From positions 25,673 through 89,672 of the forward strand of contig RFZJ01000005.1 of the NCBI GenBank assembly GCA_009920765.1: a DNA stretch of 64,000 nucleotides. The letters are read 5' to 3'. This document shows, one piece after another, positions 10,123-19,055 of this stretch; positions within the stretch are counted from its first letter, which is position 1, and each line of letters opens with the position of its first letter. Source of the DNA: Planctomycetota bacterium. GTDB lineage: Bacteria; Planctomycetota; Planctomycetia; Gemmatales; Gemmataceae. Below the pieces are notes generated by a model that was not told the origin of the DNA, did no database searches, and worked only from the letters and a program-made list of their open reading frames with translations. Made by a program: the position numbers and the translations under genes.

Positions 10123-13100
10123 CTAAGTTTGCAAATGTTCTTGCAGTAATTTGTATAACTTCTCAGGCTTATCCTCGTTGGGTCTAAGCCTGCAGTAGAT
10201 GTTTTCCGAATCCACCACCCTTAACCTGCCTTTGCTTTTGTTTGCAACCGTCTGGGCTCGCTTTGCGTTTCGGTAGGTGAAAACCAGATCCACTGGCCCA
10301 GCAATTCCTGCTGCAGGCCTTTCAATATGAATCTGGCTTATCTGCCATTTGGCTGCGAGTATTCGTACTTCAGCGAGCCGTACCAACCATTCCGAAACTG
10401 CCGGAATTTTCCCGAACCTGTCTTTTAATTCGGTGCGGAAATCGGTCAGTTTTTCCAACTGCCTGATGCGTGCCAATCTTCGATACACTTCGATACGATT
10501 CTTCTGCCCTGTCACATAATCCCTTGGAAGAAATGCGGGCCAATCCAAATCAATGTTCACTTCCAACGGGGTTCTCAATGGTTGATTCTTCATTTCCCTG
10601 ACAGCGTTTTCCAATAGTTGACAATACATTTCATAACCTACTGAGGCGATATGCCCGCTTTGCTGGGTTCCCAAAATGTTTCCCGCACCTCGAATTTCCA
10701 GGTCTCGCAATGCTATCTTAAACCCAGCTCCCAATTCGGTGAATTCTTCAATTGCCTTTAATCGCCTGCCCGAATCCGGACTTAATACCCTATCGGCAGG
10801 CAAAAGCATGTAAGCATATGCCCTGCGTTGTTGTCTGCCTACCCGGCCCCTAAGTTGGTGTAAATCTGCCAAGCCGTAAATGTCCGCCTCATCAATGAAA
10901 ATTGTATTTGCATTGGGTATATCCAACCCGCTTTCAATGATGGTGGTGGCTATCAAAACATCTGCCCTACGACTTAAAAACTTGAGCATTTGTTCTTCCA
11001 GTTCGGCTTCCTTCATCTGGCCGTGTACAATTGCAAATGCTGCTTCAGGAACCAGCTTTTTAAGCTTGTCTGCAACTTTTTGAATGTCATGCACACGGTT
11101 ATGCACGAAATATACCTGCCCCTCACGGTTCATCTCCCTTAATATCCCATGCCTAATAAGCTCAGGATCCCAGCGGATTATGCGCGTTTCAATTGCATGC
11201 CGATCCACAGGGGGGGTTTCAAGATTACTTATATCTTTTATTCCCAGAAGCGAAAGATGAAGGGTTCTTGGAATGGGCGTTGCTGTCATGGTTAAGATAT
11301 CAATTTTCTCGCGCAGTCTTTTCAGCTTCTCCTTGTGTTCCACCCCAAACCGTTGCTCTTCATCGATGATTACCAATCCCAGATCCTTGAATTTGACATC
11401 TTCACTCAACAACCGATGCGTACCTATTACAATATCTACGCTTCCTGTTCCAAGCCTGGCGATGATGTCTCGTTGCTCGGAAGCTGTTCTGAATCTGCTA
11501 AGGCACTCAACAACAAAAGGGTAACCTGCAATTCGCTGTGTAAAGGTGCGATGATGTTGCTCGGCAAGTATTGTGGTAGGCACCAATACCGCCACTTGTT
11601 TGCCGTTATCAATTGATTTAAATGTTGCCCTGATAGCAAGTTCGGTTTTGCCGTACCCTACATCACCACAAATAAGCCTGTCCATGGGCTTTGCGCGTTC
11701 CAAATCAGCTTTGATTTCCGTGAGGGATGCCAATTGGTCAGGAGTTTCCTGATACGGGAATGCAGCTTCAAATTCTTTTTGCCATTCGGTATCAGGAGGA
11801 AAAGCGTTGCCTGTTTGTGATTCACGTACCGCCTGCAATTGAATCATTTCACAAGCCAGATCGATTACAGCCGCTTGTACTTTTGATTTTCGACTGTTCC
11901 AACCAGTGCCTCCAAACTTTGATAATTCTGGTTCTTGTTTTCCACCCCCAACATACTTTTGCACCAGATCTATCTTTGATACTGGTACATATACTTTTAC
12001 TTTATCGCGAAACTCCAATACCAGATGTTCTTCCACCACCATGTTCACTGGGTTGGTTGAATCGCTCGTAGGATTCTTTTTCTTTTCCAGAAGTTCCATG
12101 CCAAGATATCGGGCGATTCCATGGCTGATATGAACCACCAAATCTGAAGGCGAAAGATCTAAAAAACTATCAATTGCCCGTGATTCAAGTTTTCTTGTTG
12201 ATACTGGTTGCCTTACAACTTCATCCCTGCGAAATAATGCTTGGGCTCCTAATACTAGAATATGGCTGTCTTTTTTTACCCCAACCAGCCTGAAACCTTT
12301 TCTTATCAACCCTACATCCAGCGAAAGTCTGCCTTGTTGGGCGACTTGCGATGTGGCAAGCACCTCATGCAATCGATGTGCTTCTGCCTCTGTTGCGCAA
12401 ACCAGCACCACATCATCATTACTTGCAGCATGATCCAATTCGGTCTTTACTTTCGAAACCTCGCCTGTAAAGCGTTCAACTGATTCTGCCTTTATCGAGT
12501 AAGAAACTTCTGCACTATGGCGGGGCATTGCTGCCACCAAGAGGCTGGGCTTGGTTCCAAGAATTTTGAATGCGCCCTGTATTGTGAACAACCCGCGGAT
12601 ATTTCCCATGCGATCAAGGTAATGCCTGCCTTGATCCTGTATCTCTTCGGGTTCAACCATGATTATGGTTGCAGTGCCAAGATAATCCACCAGATGCCCA
12701 TTTGGCATGATCCCTTTTTCTTCAAAGGTCATTGCCATGATTTCAGAAGATTGAATTTCATCGAGGCTACGCTGGGTCTCGGGTGCGAAGTTTCTAAGAG
12801 ATTCAATTTCATCGCCAAAGAATTCAAGCCTAATAGGCAATTCACTTCCGGGGGAATAAATATCAACAATACCGCCACGCTTGCAAAACTGCCCCGGTTG
12901 CACTACAGCTTCAGTTGGGTCATACCCATGCTTCACAAGCCATTTGGTTAAATCTTCTGGAGGAATAGAGGTGCCATTTTTCAAGGAAAAGCTTGATTTG
13001 GAAAGTTGTTCCTTGCTGGGCAATGGTTGCAACAGCGAAGGTATGGAAGCTAATACGATCGATGGTTTATTGGAAATGCTAAGTGATAATGCAAGCCTAA

Positions 13101-13458
13101 GCCTTGCGCAAGCAGCTTCGGATTTGTTGCTGAACTTCCCTTCGAAATCATCATCCGCAGGGAAAATTTTTGTTTCGAGTCCGCTGAAAGTATGAATCTC
13201 TGATGACCAGAACTCCAAATCCGATGGGTGTGATAACACGATCAGAATATTATGTTTGATTCTGCTTGCGCAAGCTGCAACCACCAGGGATGCGGAGGAG
13301 CCCCAACAGCCATCAACAGTGGCGCTTTGGCCTTTGGCAAGGGTTTCCGCAACCTTCTTCATTTCCTTTACTTCGAGCAATTTTGTGATGAGGGAGCGAA
13401 CCTCTCCCTTGCCGGGAGGAGGAGATTTATTTTCGGGTATGGTAGAAGGCTCGTTCAT
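10123..13458 (-). CDS. mfd: Transcription-repair coupling factor
   Basis: 1111 aa. UvrB-homology N-terminus, CarD-like RNAP-interaction domain, and SF2 helicase motifs GDVGYGKTE, DEEQRFG and QLRGRVGR. Has a TRCF C-terminal domain. Confidence 0.95.
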   Translation of the reverse strand: MNEPSTIPENKSPPPGKGEVRSLITKLLEVKEMKKVAETLAKGQSATVDGCWGSSASLVVAACASRIKHNILIVLSHPSDLEFWSSEIHTFSGLETKIFPADDDFEGKFSNKSEAACARLRLALSLSISNKPSIVLASIPSLLQPLPSKEQLSKSSFSLKNGTSIPPEDLTKWLVKHGYDPTEAVVQPGQFCKRGGIVDIYSPGSELPIRLEFFGDEIESLRNFAPETQRSLDEIQSSEIMAMTFEEKGIMPNGHLVDYLGTATIIMVEPEEIQDQGRHYLDRMGNIRGLFTIQGAFKILGTKPSLLVAAMPRHSAEVSYSIKAESVERFTGEVSKVKTELDHAASNDDVVLVCATEAEAHRLHEVLATSQVAQQGRLSLDVGLIRKGFRLVGVKKDSHILVLGAQALFRRDEVVRQPVSTRKLESRAIDSFLDLSPSDLVVHISHGIARYLGMELLEKKKNPTSDSTNPVNMVVEEHLVLEFRDKVKVYVPVSKIDLVQKYVGGGKQEPELSKFGGTGWNSRKSKVQAAVIDLACEMIQLQAVRESQTGNAFPPDTEWQKEFEAAFPYQETPDQLASLTEIKADLERAKPMDRLICGDVGYGKTELAIRATFKSIDNGKQVAVLVPTTILAEQHHRTFTQRIAGYPFVVECLSRFRTASEQRDIIARLGTGSVDIVIGTHRLLSEDVKFKDLGLVIIDEEQRFGVEHKEKLKRLREKIDILTMTATPIPRTLHLSLLGIKDISNLETPPVDRHAIETRIIRWDPELIRHGILREMNREGQVYFVHNRVHDIQKVADKLKKLVPEAAFAIVHGQMKEAELEEQMLKFLSRRADVLIATTIIESGLDIPNANTIFIDEADIYGLADLHQLRGRVGRQQRRAYAYMLLPADRVLSPDSGRRLKAIEEFTELGAGFKIALRDLEIRGAGNILGTQQSGHIASVGYEMYCQLLENAVREMKNQPLRTPLEVNIDLDWPAFLPRDYVTGQKNRIEVYRRLARIRQLEKLTDFRTELKDRFGKIPAVSEWLVRLAEVRILAAKWQISQIHIERPAAGIAGPVDLVFTYRNAKRAQTVANKSKGRLRVVDSENIYCRLRPNEDKPEKLYKLLQEHLQT

Positions 13459-13513
13459 GTAAAGTTCTAAAGAAAAGCAGTTAAATCACACTAGATTAGT
13501 GTAGTGAAAAGCT

Positions 13514-13537
13514 GGTGGCGATTGCCACCTCGTTTTA
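13514..13537. terminator. Weak hairpin (ggtggc-gatt-gccacc) with short T runs on both sides
   Basis: A 6-bp GC-rich stem at 13514-13519/13524-13529. It is followed by tcgtttt on the plus strand and by agcttttc when read on the minus strand. It lies between the Asn-rich gene stop and the mfd start. Orientation and function are uncertain. Confidence 0.3.
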
Positions 13538-13678
13538 CATTGCTTGACAGATTTGAAACATAACTTTGAAACAAGAATGGCGGTGTGATTTGAAGGCTAG
13601 ATTATCAAATCTTAAAATATAGCAGAATGCTCACCCTATTCCTTCTTTTGTATTTCTCAACAGAGGTGGTTAAGTGAG

Positions 13679-14407
13679 TTATTTCTTTTTATTTTTCGAA
13701 TTATCCGCAGCGGATTTGAATGTGGCGTCTTTGCCTATAACCATGATCATGGTTGCGAAAACCTTATCGTCACCTTTCTTATCATCTTTATTTCCAGGGG
13801 ATCGATTTAAGGTTACTTCAACAACTGCACCCGGTGTGAGTTCATCAATTTTAACTTCATATCCCGGAAGAGAAGGGTTACTACCCTTGAGTGTTTTAAG
13901 TTCTTCAGGGCTGTATTTTTTAATGCCTCCTTTCTCATCAAAAGCTTCAAGGGGAGTTTTGGTTCTGATTTTTGTTGTTTCCTTGATGGGTATTTCAACT
14001 TCAACCCATTCCGTGGCAATTTTCAAGGATTTCAACATCTGGATCTGTTTAGCCTGGGCCTGAGCTATTTGCTTTTGAAGATTTTGAGCCTGATTGCCTG
14101 ACGAATTATTATTTCTTTTTGGATTGTTGTTGTTGTTGTTTCCATTTTTATTATTATCGTCTTTTTTATTGTTATCGTTATCGTTTTTGTTGACAACTTT
14201 TTGGTTGGGAATTTGTACGGTAATGGTTTTATTGTTCGGGTCTTTAGAAATTCTTGCGGTGAATTGTGTGCCCTGTATCTTGGATATATTTGCTTTAGAA
14301 AAAGTCTCGAGTGATTTGTTTTTATTGCCATCCTGACCTTGACCGGATGCGGAAATTGTCAAAAACAGAGATGAAATCAAGCTGAAAGAAATAAATTTAA
14401 GGTACAT
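13679..14407 (-). CDS. Secreted low-complexity Asn/Lys/Asp-rich protein, function unknown
   Basis: Signal-peptide-like N-terminus MYLKFISFSLISSLFLTISASG. Central run KNDNDNNKKDDNNKNGNNNNNNPKRNNNSS. The ordered C-terminal half has beta-rich character. I recognise no family. Confidence 0.7.
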   Translation of the reverse strand: MYLKFISFSLISSLFLTISASGQGQDGNKNKSLETFSKANISKIQGTQFTARISKDPNNKTITVQIPNQKVVNKNDNDNNKKDDNNKNGNNNNNNPKRNNNSSGNQAQNLQKQIAQAQAKQIQMLKSLKIATEWVEVEIPIKETTKIRTKTPLEAFDEKGGIKKYSPEELKTLKGSNPSLPGYEVKIDELTPGAVVEVTLNRSPGNKDDKKGDDKVFATMIMVIGKDATFKSAADNSKNKKK

Positions 14408-14530
14408 CGTTTGATCACTGCCAAAAGGAATGAAGAGTACATATTATTTAGACACATTATCACGATAAAAGTTTCGAATTTAAAGTAGAAAAGCCTAAGA
14501 AAAGTGTACCAAAAGCTTTAAATAGTATTA

Positions 14531-15160
14531 TTACGGGGCTTTTGGCAAGATTTGAGTATTTACGAATTCCACCCTGATGCCTTCGATGGCGTTTACCAGA
14601 TCGGTAAATTCCGCCTGGGTGAGGTTGCCGCTGGCGCTGAGGCGCAAATTGCCTTTGGGATCTATCACCACTAGATTTGCGGAAGAGGGTTTGAATTTAA
14701 AAGTGGTTCGCATGGTTTCGTTAAAATCGAGCCATACCGGTACCTCGGGTGATGCTTTTTGAAATTGATTTCGAATGAAAACTTTTACGAGATTTGGAAC
14801 CTTGCCAATGCTGGCAACTGCAATGGTATGAACTTCTGGGGCCCGGGTACCCGGAGGTTGATTGACGATTTCAATCACAGGAGCGAATCGTGCCTGTCCT
14901 GGATTTTTGCCTTTGGCCTGTGGATGAAAAGATTCATGGATTGCCTGGCCTAGAAGCTTGTTTGCGTCTGCTCCTTCTTTATCGCCAAATAGCAGGATGA
15001 CTACATCACCTTTGTAATTATCAAGCCTGTAAGGTTTTTGAAACTGGTCTTCCATTTCTATTTTTGGAACTGCAATAGGCCTGTAGATTAAAACTTCTGC
15101 ATTCAACGATGTGGCAGAAATAAGGATGGCGAAAATGACTAAGCGAATAATTAGTTGCAT
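14531..15160 (-). CDS. Secreted thioredoxin-fold-like (redoxin/TlpA-like) protein lacking the CxxC motif
   Basis: Signal peptide MQLIIRLVIFAILISATSLNA. Segment YRLDNYKGDVVILLFGDKEGADANK resembles the redoxin beta1-alpha1 region, but with no Cys where WCxxC would sit. VVIDPKGNLR resembles the redoxin C-terminal strand. Its start overlaps the ABC-2 permease stop by 10 nt. Confidence 0.55.
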   Translation of the reverse strand: MQLIIRLVIFAILISATSLNAEVLIYRPIAVPKIEMEDQFQKPYRLDNYKGDVVILLFGDKEGADANKLLGQAIHESFHPQAKGKNPGQARFAPVIEIVNQPPGTRAPEVHTIAVASIGKVPNLVKVFIRNQFQKASPEVPVWLDFNETMRTTFKFKPSSANLVVIDPKGNLRLSASGNLTQAEFTDLVNAIEGIRVEFVNTQILPKAP

Positions 15161-16344
15161 GTGCCAACTCCATCAGTGGCGGAATGTTGGTTTAATGATT
15201 GGAATTTTAAGATTGAGAACCCAATGAAGGCTGCACTAAAGAAAAGTGTAACAAGTGCGCAGTAGGAGGCATCGACAAGGCCCATGCCCTGCCATATGAC
15301 CCCTTCGAATCCCTTGATCATCCAAGTGGTTGGAAGAAGGAGGGAAAAGTTTTGGACCCAAAGTGGCAGCATGAAGGAGGGCAACCAAAGCCCGCCTAAA
15401 ATGGACAGGCTTAAAATCGAAAGGATTGCCATGCTTCGTGCGCGGTTTTCGGTGCCACCTATTGCAGCCACCAATAATCCTGTGGCAGCGGAGAGTAGGG
15501 CAGTTGCCATGGCCATTAGGAAGAAGCCAAAAATGGAGCCATTGATGGCGACACCAAATACAAGGCTTCCAAAGCTGAAGGTAAAAAAGATTTGGGTGAG
15601 GGCGATGATTGCGGTAGCAATAATTTTACCACCTAGAAGAGTGGGCAGGGGTATGGGAGAGGCTTTAAGTCGTTTCCAAATTCCCTGTCTGCGTTCGCGC
15701 AACAATAGAAGCCCGCAATCCATTCCCCAGAATAATAAGTACTGCATGGTCATACCACTGAAGCTATGGCTGTAGGCCTGCCTGGAGATATCAATGCCTT
15801 TGGGAAAGGGTTCCTTTTTAACTTCGAAGGGTCGTTCTAATTTTAAGGAGGCGGTGCCAGGAAGCCAGAAGCCCAGGAGTTCAGGTGCTGCTGCGTGAAA
15901 CGCAATTTCGGTAAAGATGCCTTCGGCCCATTTGGATTCCAAAGAAGCGCTAGGGTGATGGAGAATTTCGATGGCGGGGATTTTTTTCTTGAGTGCTATC
16001 TGGCTGGCGAAATCCATGGGGATTACCAGAGCTATTCTAGCGGAGCGCCTTTCGATTTTTGCCAATGCCTCTTCCCTGGAAGCAGGTTCGGCATTTAGTT
16101 TGGGGCTTTTCAGCAAGGCGTCCGTGAGTTTGATTGCAAGGGGACTGTTATCTTCCCGGATTACCAGGATTGGAAGTTTTAAATCCTCGTTTTGCAATGG
16201 TTTTGAAAAGACGTATCCAAACCCGCTTGCGAGAATAATTGGAATAAGAAAGCAAAGGGTTGCAGCTTTTTTATCCACGAGGAAAAGCCGGATGTCTTTT
16301 GATGCAAGAATCCAAAGAAAGTTTAGTTGTTGTTTAAACATCAT
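15151..16344 (-). CDS. ABC-2 type transporter permease
   Basis: 397 aa. One N-terminal TM helix, a roughly 150-aa extracytoplasmic domain, then about five C-terminal TM helices, as is typical of ABC-2 exporters. ATGA overlap with the upstream ATPase gene. Confidence 0.85.
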   Translation of the reverse strand: MMFKQQLNFLWILASKDIRLFLVDKKAATLCFLIPIILASGFGYVFSKPLQNEDLKLPILVIREDNSPLAIKLTDALLKSPKLNAEPASREEALAKIERRSARIALVIPMDFASQIALKKKIPAIEILHHPSASLESKWAEGIFTEIAFHAAAPELLGFWLPGTASLKLERPFEVKKEPFPKGIDISRQAYSHSFSGMTMQYLLFWGMDCGLLLLRERRQGIWKRLKASPIPLPTLLGGKIIATAIIALTQIFFTFSFGSLVFGVAINGSIFGFFLMAMATALLSAATGLLVAAIGGTENRARSMAILSILSLSILGGLWLPSFMLPLWVQNFSLLLPTTWMIKGFEGVIWQGMGLVDASYCALVTLFFSAAFIGFSILKFQSLNQHSATDGVGTCN

Positions 16345-17195
16345 GCAGCCTTAATTTCACTTAGTTCAAGAAGATATTGTTCGAGAGAATGTGTTTCTTC
16401 AGCCTGACTTTTCCTAAGGAGGCTTTGATCTGATTGCAAGGCTTTGCCATCTTCTTCATAAATGTAATTGGGGTGTGCGGGATTGTTTTTTTTGATGCTG
16501 GCTTTCTTGATAATCTGTGCCTGAAACTCGTTCAAGGTGCCATGAAATAAAAGAGAACCTTGTGCCATGAATCCAACCTTGTTGCAAAGCCGCACAACTT
16601 CTTCGATGTAATGGGTTGTGTAAACAATGGCGCAGCCATCTTCGCGAAGTTTATGAAGGCACGAAAAAACAGCTTCCCGGGAAGGGGGATCAAGCCCAAC
16701 GGTGGGTTCATCAAGGAGAAGTAATTTAGGCTTATGAATTAGGGCACAAGCCAGGTTAAGCCTTCGCTTCATGCCTCCTGAAAAACCAAAGGCTGGAATA
16801 TTTGCACGGTCTTCCAGGCGAACAAGCTTAAGAACTTCTGAAATTCTTTGTGAAAGGATGCATCCTTGGACTCCGTAGAGTTTGCCAAAAAAACTTAAGT
16901 TAGAGTAAGGGGAAAGTTCTTCGTAGAAAGCGAGTTCCTGTGGAACAAAACCGATTTGGGCCCTGTAACTGAGAGGTTGCTGGGTGTGGGATTGTCCATC
17001 GAGTAAAATACAGCCTGAATCGAGTTCATGGTTTCCTGCAATGGCATTCAAGGTGGTGCTTTTGCCACAGCCATTGGGGCCGAGCAGCCCGAGGATTTCG
17101 CCTGGATAGACAGCTAGGTCAAGGTTTTTAACCGCGAGGGTATCACGGTACTTGAGGCTGACGCTTTTAAGGCAAAGTAGCTCTTGGTGCGCCAT
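16341..17195 (-). CDS. ABC transporter ATP-binding protein (ABC-2 / DrrA-like) with C-terminal extension
   Basis: Walker A GPNGCGKST, signature FSGGMKRRL, Walker B LLLLDEPTVGLD, H-loop TTHY. About 60 extra residues follow the NBD. Confidence 0.92.
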   Translation of the reverse strand: MAHQELLCLKSVSLKYRDTLAVKNLDLAVYPGEILGLLGPNGCGKSTTLNAIAGNHELDSGCILLDGQSHTQQPLSYRAQIGFVPQELAFYEELSPYSNLSFFGKLYGVQGCILSQRISEVLKLVRLEDRANIPAFGFSGGMKRRLNLACALIHKPKLLLLDEPTVGLDPPSREAVFSCLHKLREDGCAIVYTTHYIEEVVRLCNKVGFMAQGSLLFHGTLNEFQAQIIKKASIKKNNPAHPNYIYEEDGKALQSDQSLLRKSQAEETHSLEQYLLELSEIKAA

Positions 17196-17402
17196 CGTAA
17201 ATCATCCATGACCAAATAAATGCCTGAAAAACATCCATGTTTGCAGGCGAAAATACCAAAGAATAAATAATCAGTACCTTAAATGATGATTAACAGGCAA
17301 GATCAATGCAAAAAGCGAAAAATAGCTTACTAATTTCAAGGAAAATTGGGTAGTATTAGGAAAATGAAGCTAGGGAAAGCTAATAATGCCACGGAGGTGG
17401 CT

Positions 17403-19010
17403 ATGACGAAACAAGTGGTAATCATTGGGGCGGGGCCGGGCGGCCTTGCTGCGGCAATTTTATTGTCGAAATCTGGACTTCGTGTCAAGGTTTTCGAAAA
17501 ACAGGGCAAGGTGGGTGGTAGAACATCCTCTTTGGAATCTGGGGGCTTTAAGTTTGATCTTGGGCCTACTTTTTTTCTTTTTCCCCAAGTTTTAAAAAGC
17601 ATTTATGCTTCTTTAGGCAAGGATCTTTTCAAAGAAATCCCGATGGTTCGTCTAGATCCGCAATACCATTTGGTATTCGGCGAAGGGGGTGAGATTCTAG
17701 CCCGGCCTGATGTGCCCGCGATGGAAGCTGCGATTGCCAAGATATGCCCTGCAGATGCTGCCAACTTTATTAAATTTCTGACTGATAATCGCCTCAAACT
17801 AAATGAGTTTAAAAGCACGCTTGAAACTCCCTTCCATGGCTGGCGTGATCTTTTCAAAATGAAAATGTTGAAGTTGTTGCCTTTGTTAAGGCCATGGAAA
17901 TCACTTGATGGCGAACTCGGTCGATATTTTTCTGATCCGAGGGTAAGGCTTGCGTTCTCTTTTCAATCCAAGTATCTGGGTATGTCGCCTTTTAATTGCC
18001 CGAGTCTTTTTTCCATTCTTTCTTTTTTGGAATATGAACATGGAGTTTATCACCCGATTGGGGGCTGTAATGCGGTAAGCGAGGGGATGGCAAATCTTGC
18101 GCGTGAAGCAGGGGTTGAAATCTTATTGAATGAAGAGGTTGAGGGGATTGATTTCCAAGGTAGGAAGCCTGTCTCAATCAATACCCAATCAGGAAAGCAT
18201 GCTTGTGATGCGCTTGTGGTAAATGCAGATTTTGGCAGGGCAATGCAAAGGCTGATTCCAGAGAAGATCCGCCCAGCATGGACCAACAAGAAAATTGAAA
18301 GTAAACGGTTCTCCTGTTCTACCTTCATGTTGTATCTGGGGATTGAAGGGCGTTACGATAATCTTCAGCATCATACGATTTACATGTCCCGTGATTATCA
18401 GGGAAATCTAATAGACATCGAAAAAAAGCATGTTCTTTCAGAAGATCCCTCGTTTTACATTCAGAATGCCGGGATTACCGATGCTACACTTGCACCCAAG
18501 GGGAAAAGCACTCTTTATGTTTTGGTGCCTGTCACCCATATGCATGCCAATGTTGATTGGGCGAAGGAAAAGGTGCGCTACAGGAATCTGGCAATCAAGC
18601 AGTTGGGTAAAATTGGTTTGCACGATGTTGAAAAGAGGATTTGTTACGAGCATGTTATCACGCCCATGGATTGGCAAAATAAAATGGAAATCTATAAGGG
18701 TGCGACTTTTAATCTTGCTCATAATCTGGGTCAGATGCTTCATTTCAGGCCCCGTAATCGCTTCGCCGAGTTGGATGGTGTTTACCTTGTGGGAGGTGGT
18801 ACTCATCCAGGTAGTGGTTTGCCTGTGATTTACGAATCAGCACGAATCTCATCAAGACTTTTATTGAGTGATATGGGGCTTCCTTTTGATCATTGCATTC
18901 CTCCCGAGGAATACACGCTTGAAGAGGGGGTGCCAGACCTTTTAAGTCAGGGGTTGCGAATTAATAAGCACATGGCAGAAAATAACCCGTTGGTTCCGAT
19001 GGGGCGCTAG
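17403..19010 (+). CDS. crtN: CrtI-family carotenoid desaturase, closest by eye to 4,4'-diapophytoene desaturase CrtN
   Basis: FAD motif VVIIGAGPGGLAAA. FDLGPT. DPSFYIQNAGITDATLAPKGKSTLYVLVPV and the C-terminal YLVGGGTHPGSGLPVI match CrtN/CrtI signatures as I recall them. GGAGGT Shine-Dalgarno 5 nt before the ATG at 17403, which I prefer over the TTG at 17346. Confidence 0.7.
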   Translation: MTKQVVIIGAGPGGLAAAILLSKSGLRVKVFEKQGKVGGRTSSLESGGFKFDLGPTFFLFPQVLKSIYASLGKDLFKEIPMVRLDPQYHLVFGEGGEILARPDVPAMEAAIAKICPADAANFIKFLTDNRLKLNEFKSTLETPFHGWRDLFKMKMLKLLPLLRPWKSLDGELGRYFSDPRVRLAFSFQSKYLGMSPFNCPSLFSILSFLEYEHGVYHPIGGCNAVSEGMANLAREAGVEILLNEEVEGIDFQGRKPVSINTQSGKHACDALVVNADFGRAMQRLIPEKIRPAWTNKKIESKRFSCSTFMLYLGIEGRYDNLQHHTIYMSRDYQGNLIDIEKKHVLSEDPSFYIQNAGITDATLAPKGKSTLYVLVPVTHMHANVDWAKEKVRYRNLAIKQLGKIGLHDVEKRICYEHVITPMDWQNKMEIYKGATFNLAHNLGQMLHFRPRNRFAELDGVYLVGGGTHPGSGLPVIYESARISSRLLLSDMGLPFDHCIPPEEYTLEEGVPDLLSQGLRINKHMAENNPLVPMGR

Positions 19011-19055
19011 TGCAGAGCGGATAAATCTTGGGGATATGCTTTCAGGAGAAAAGTT

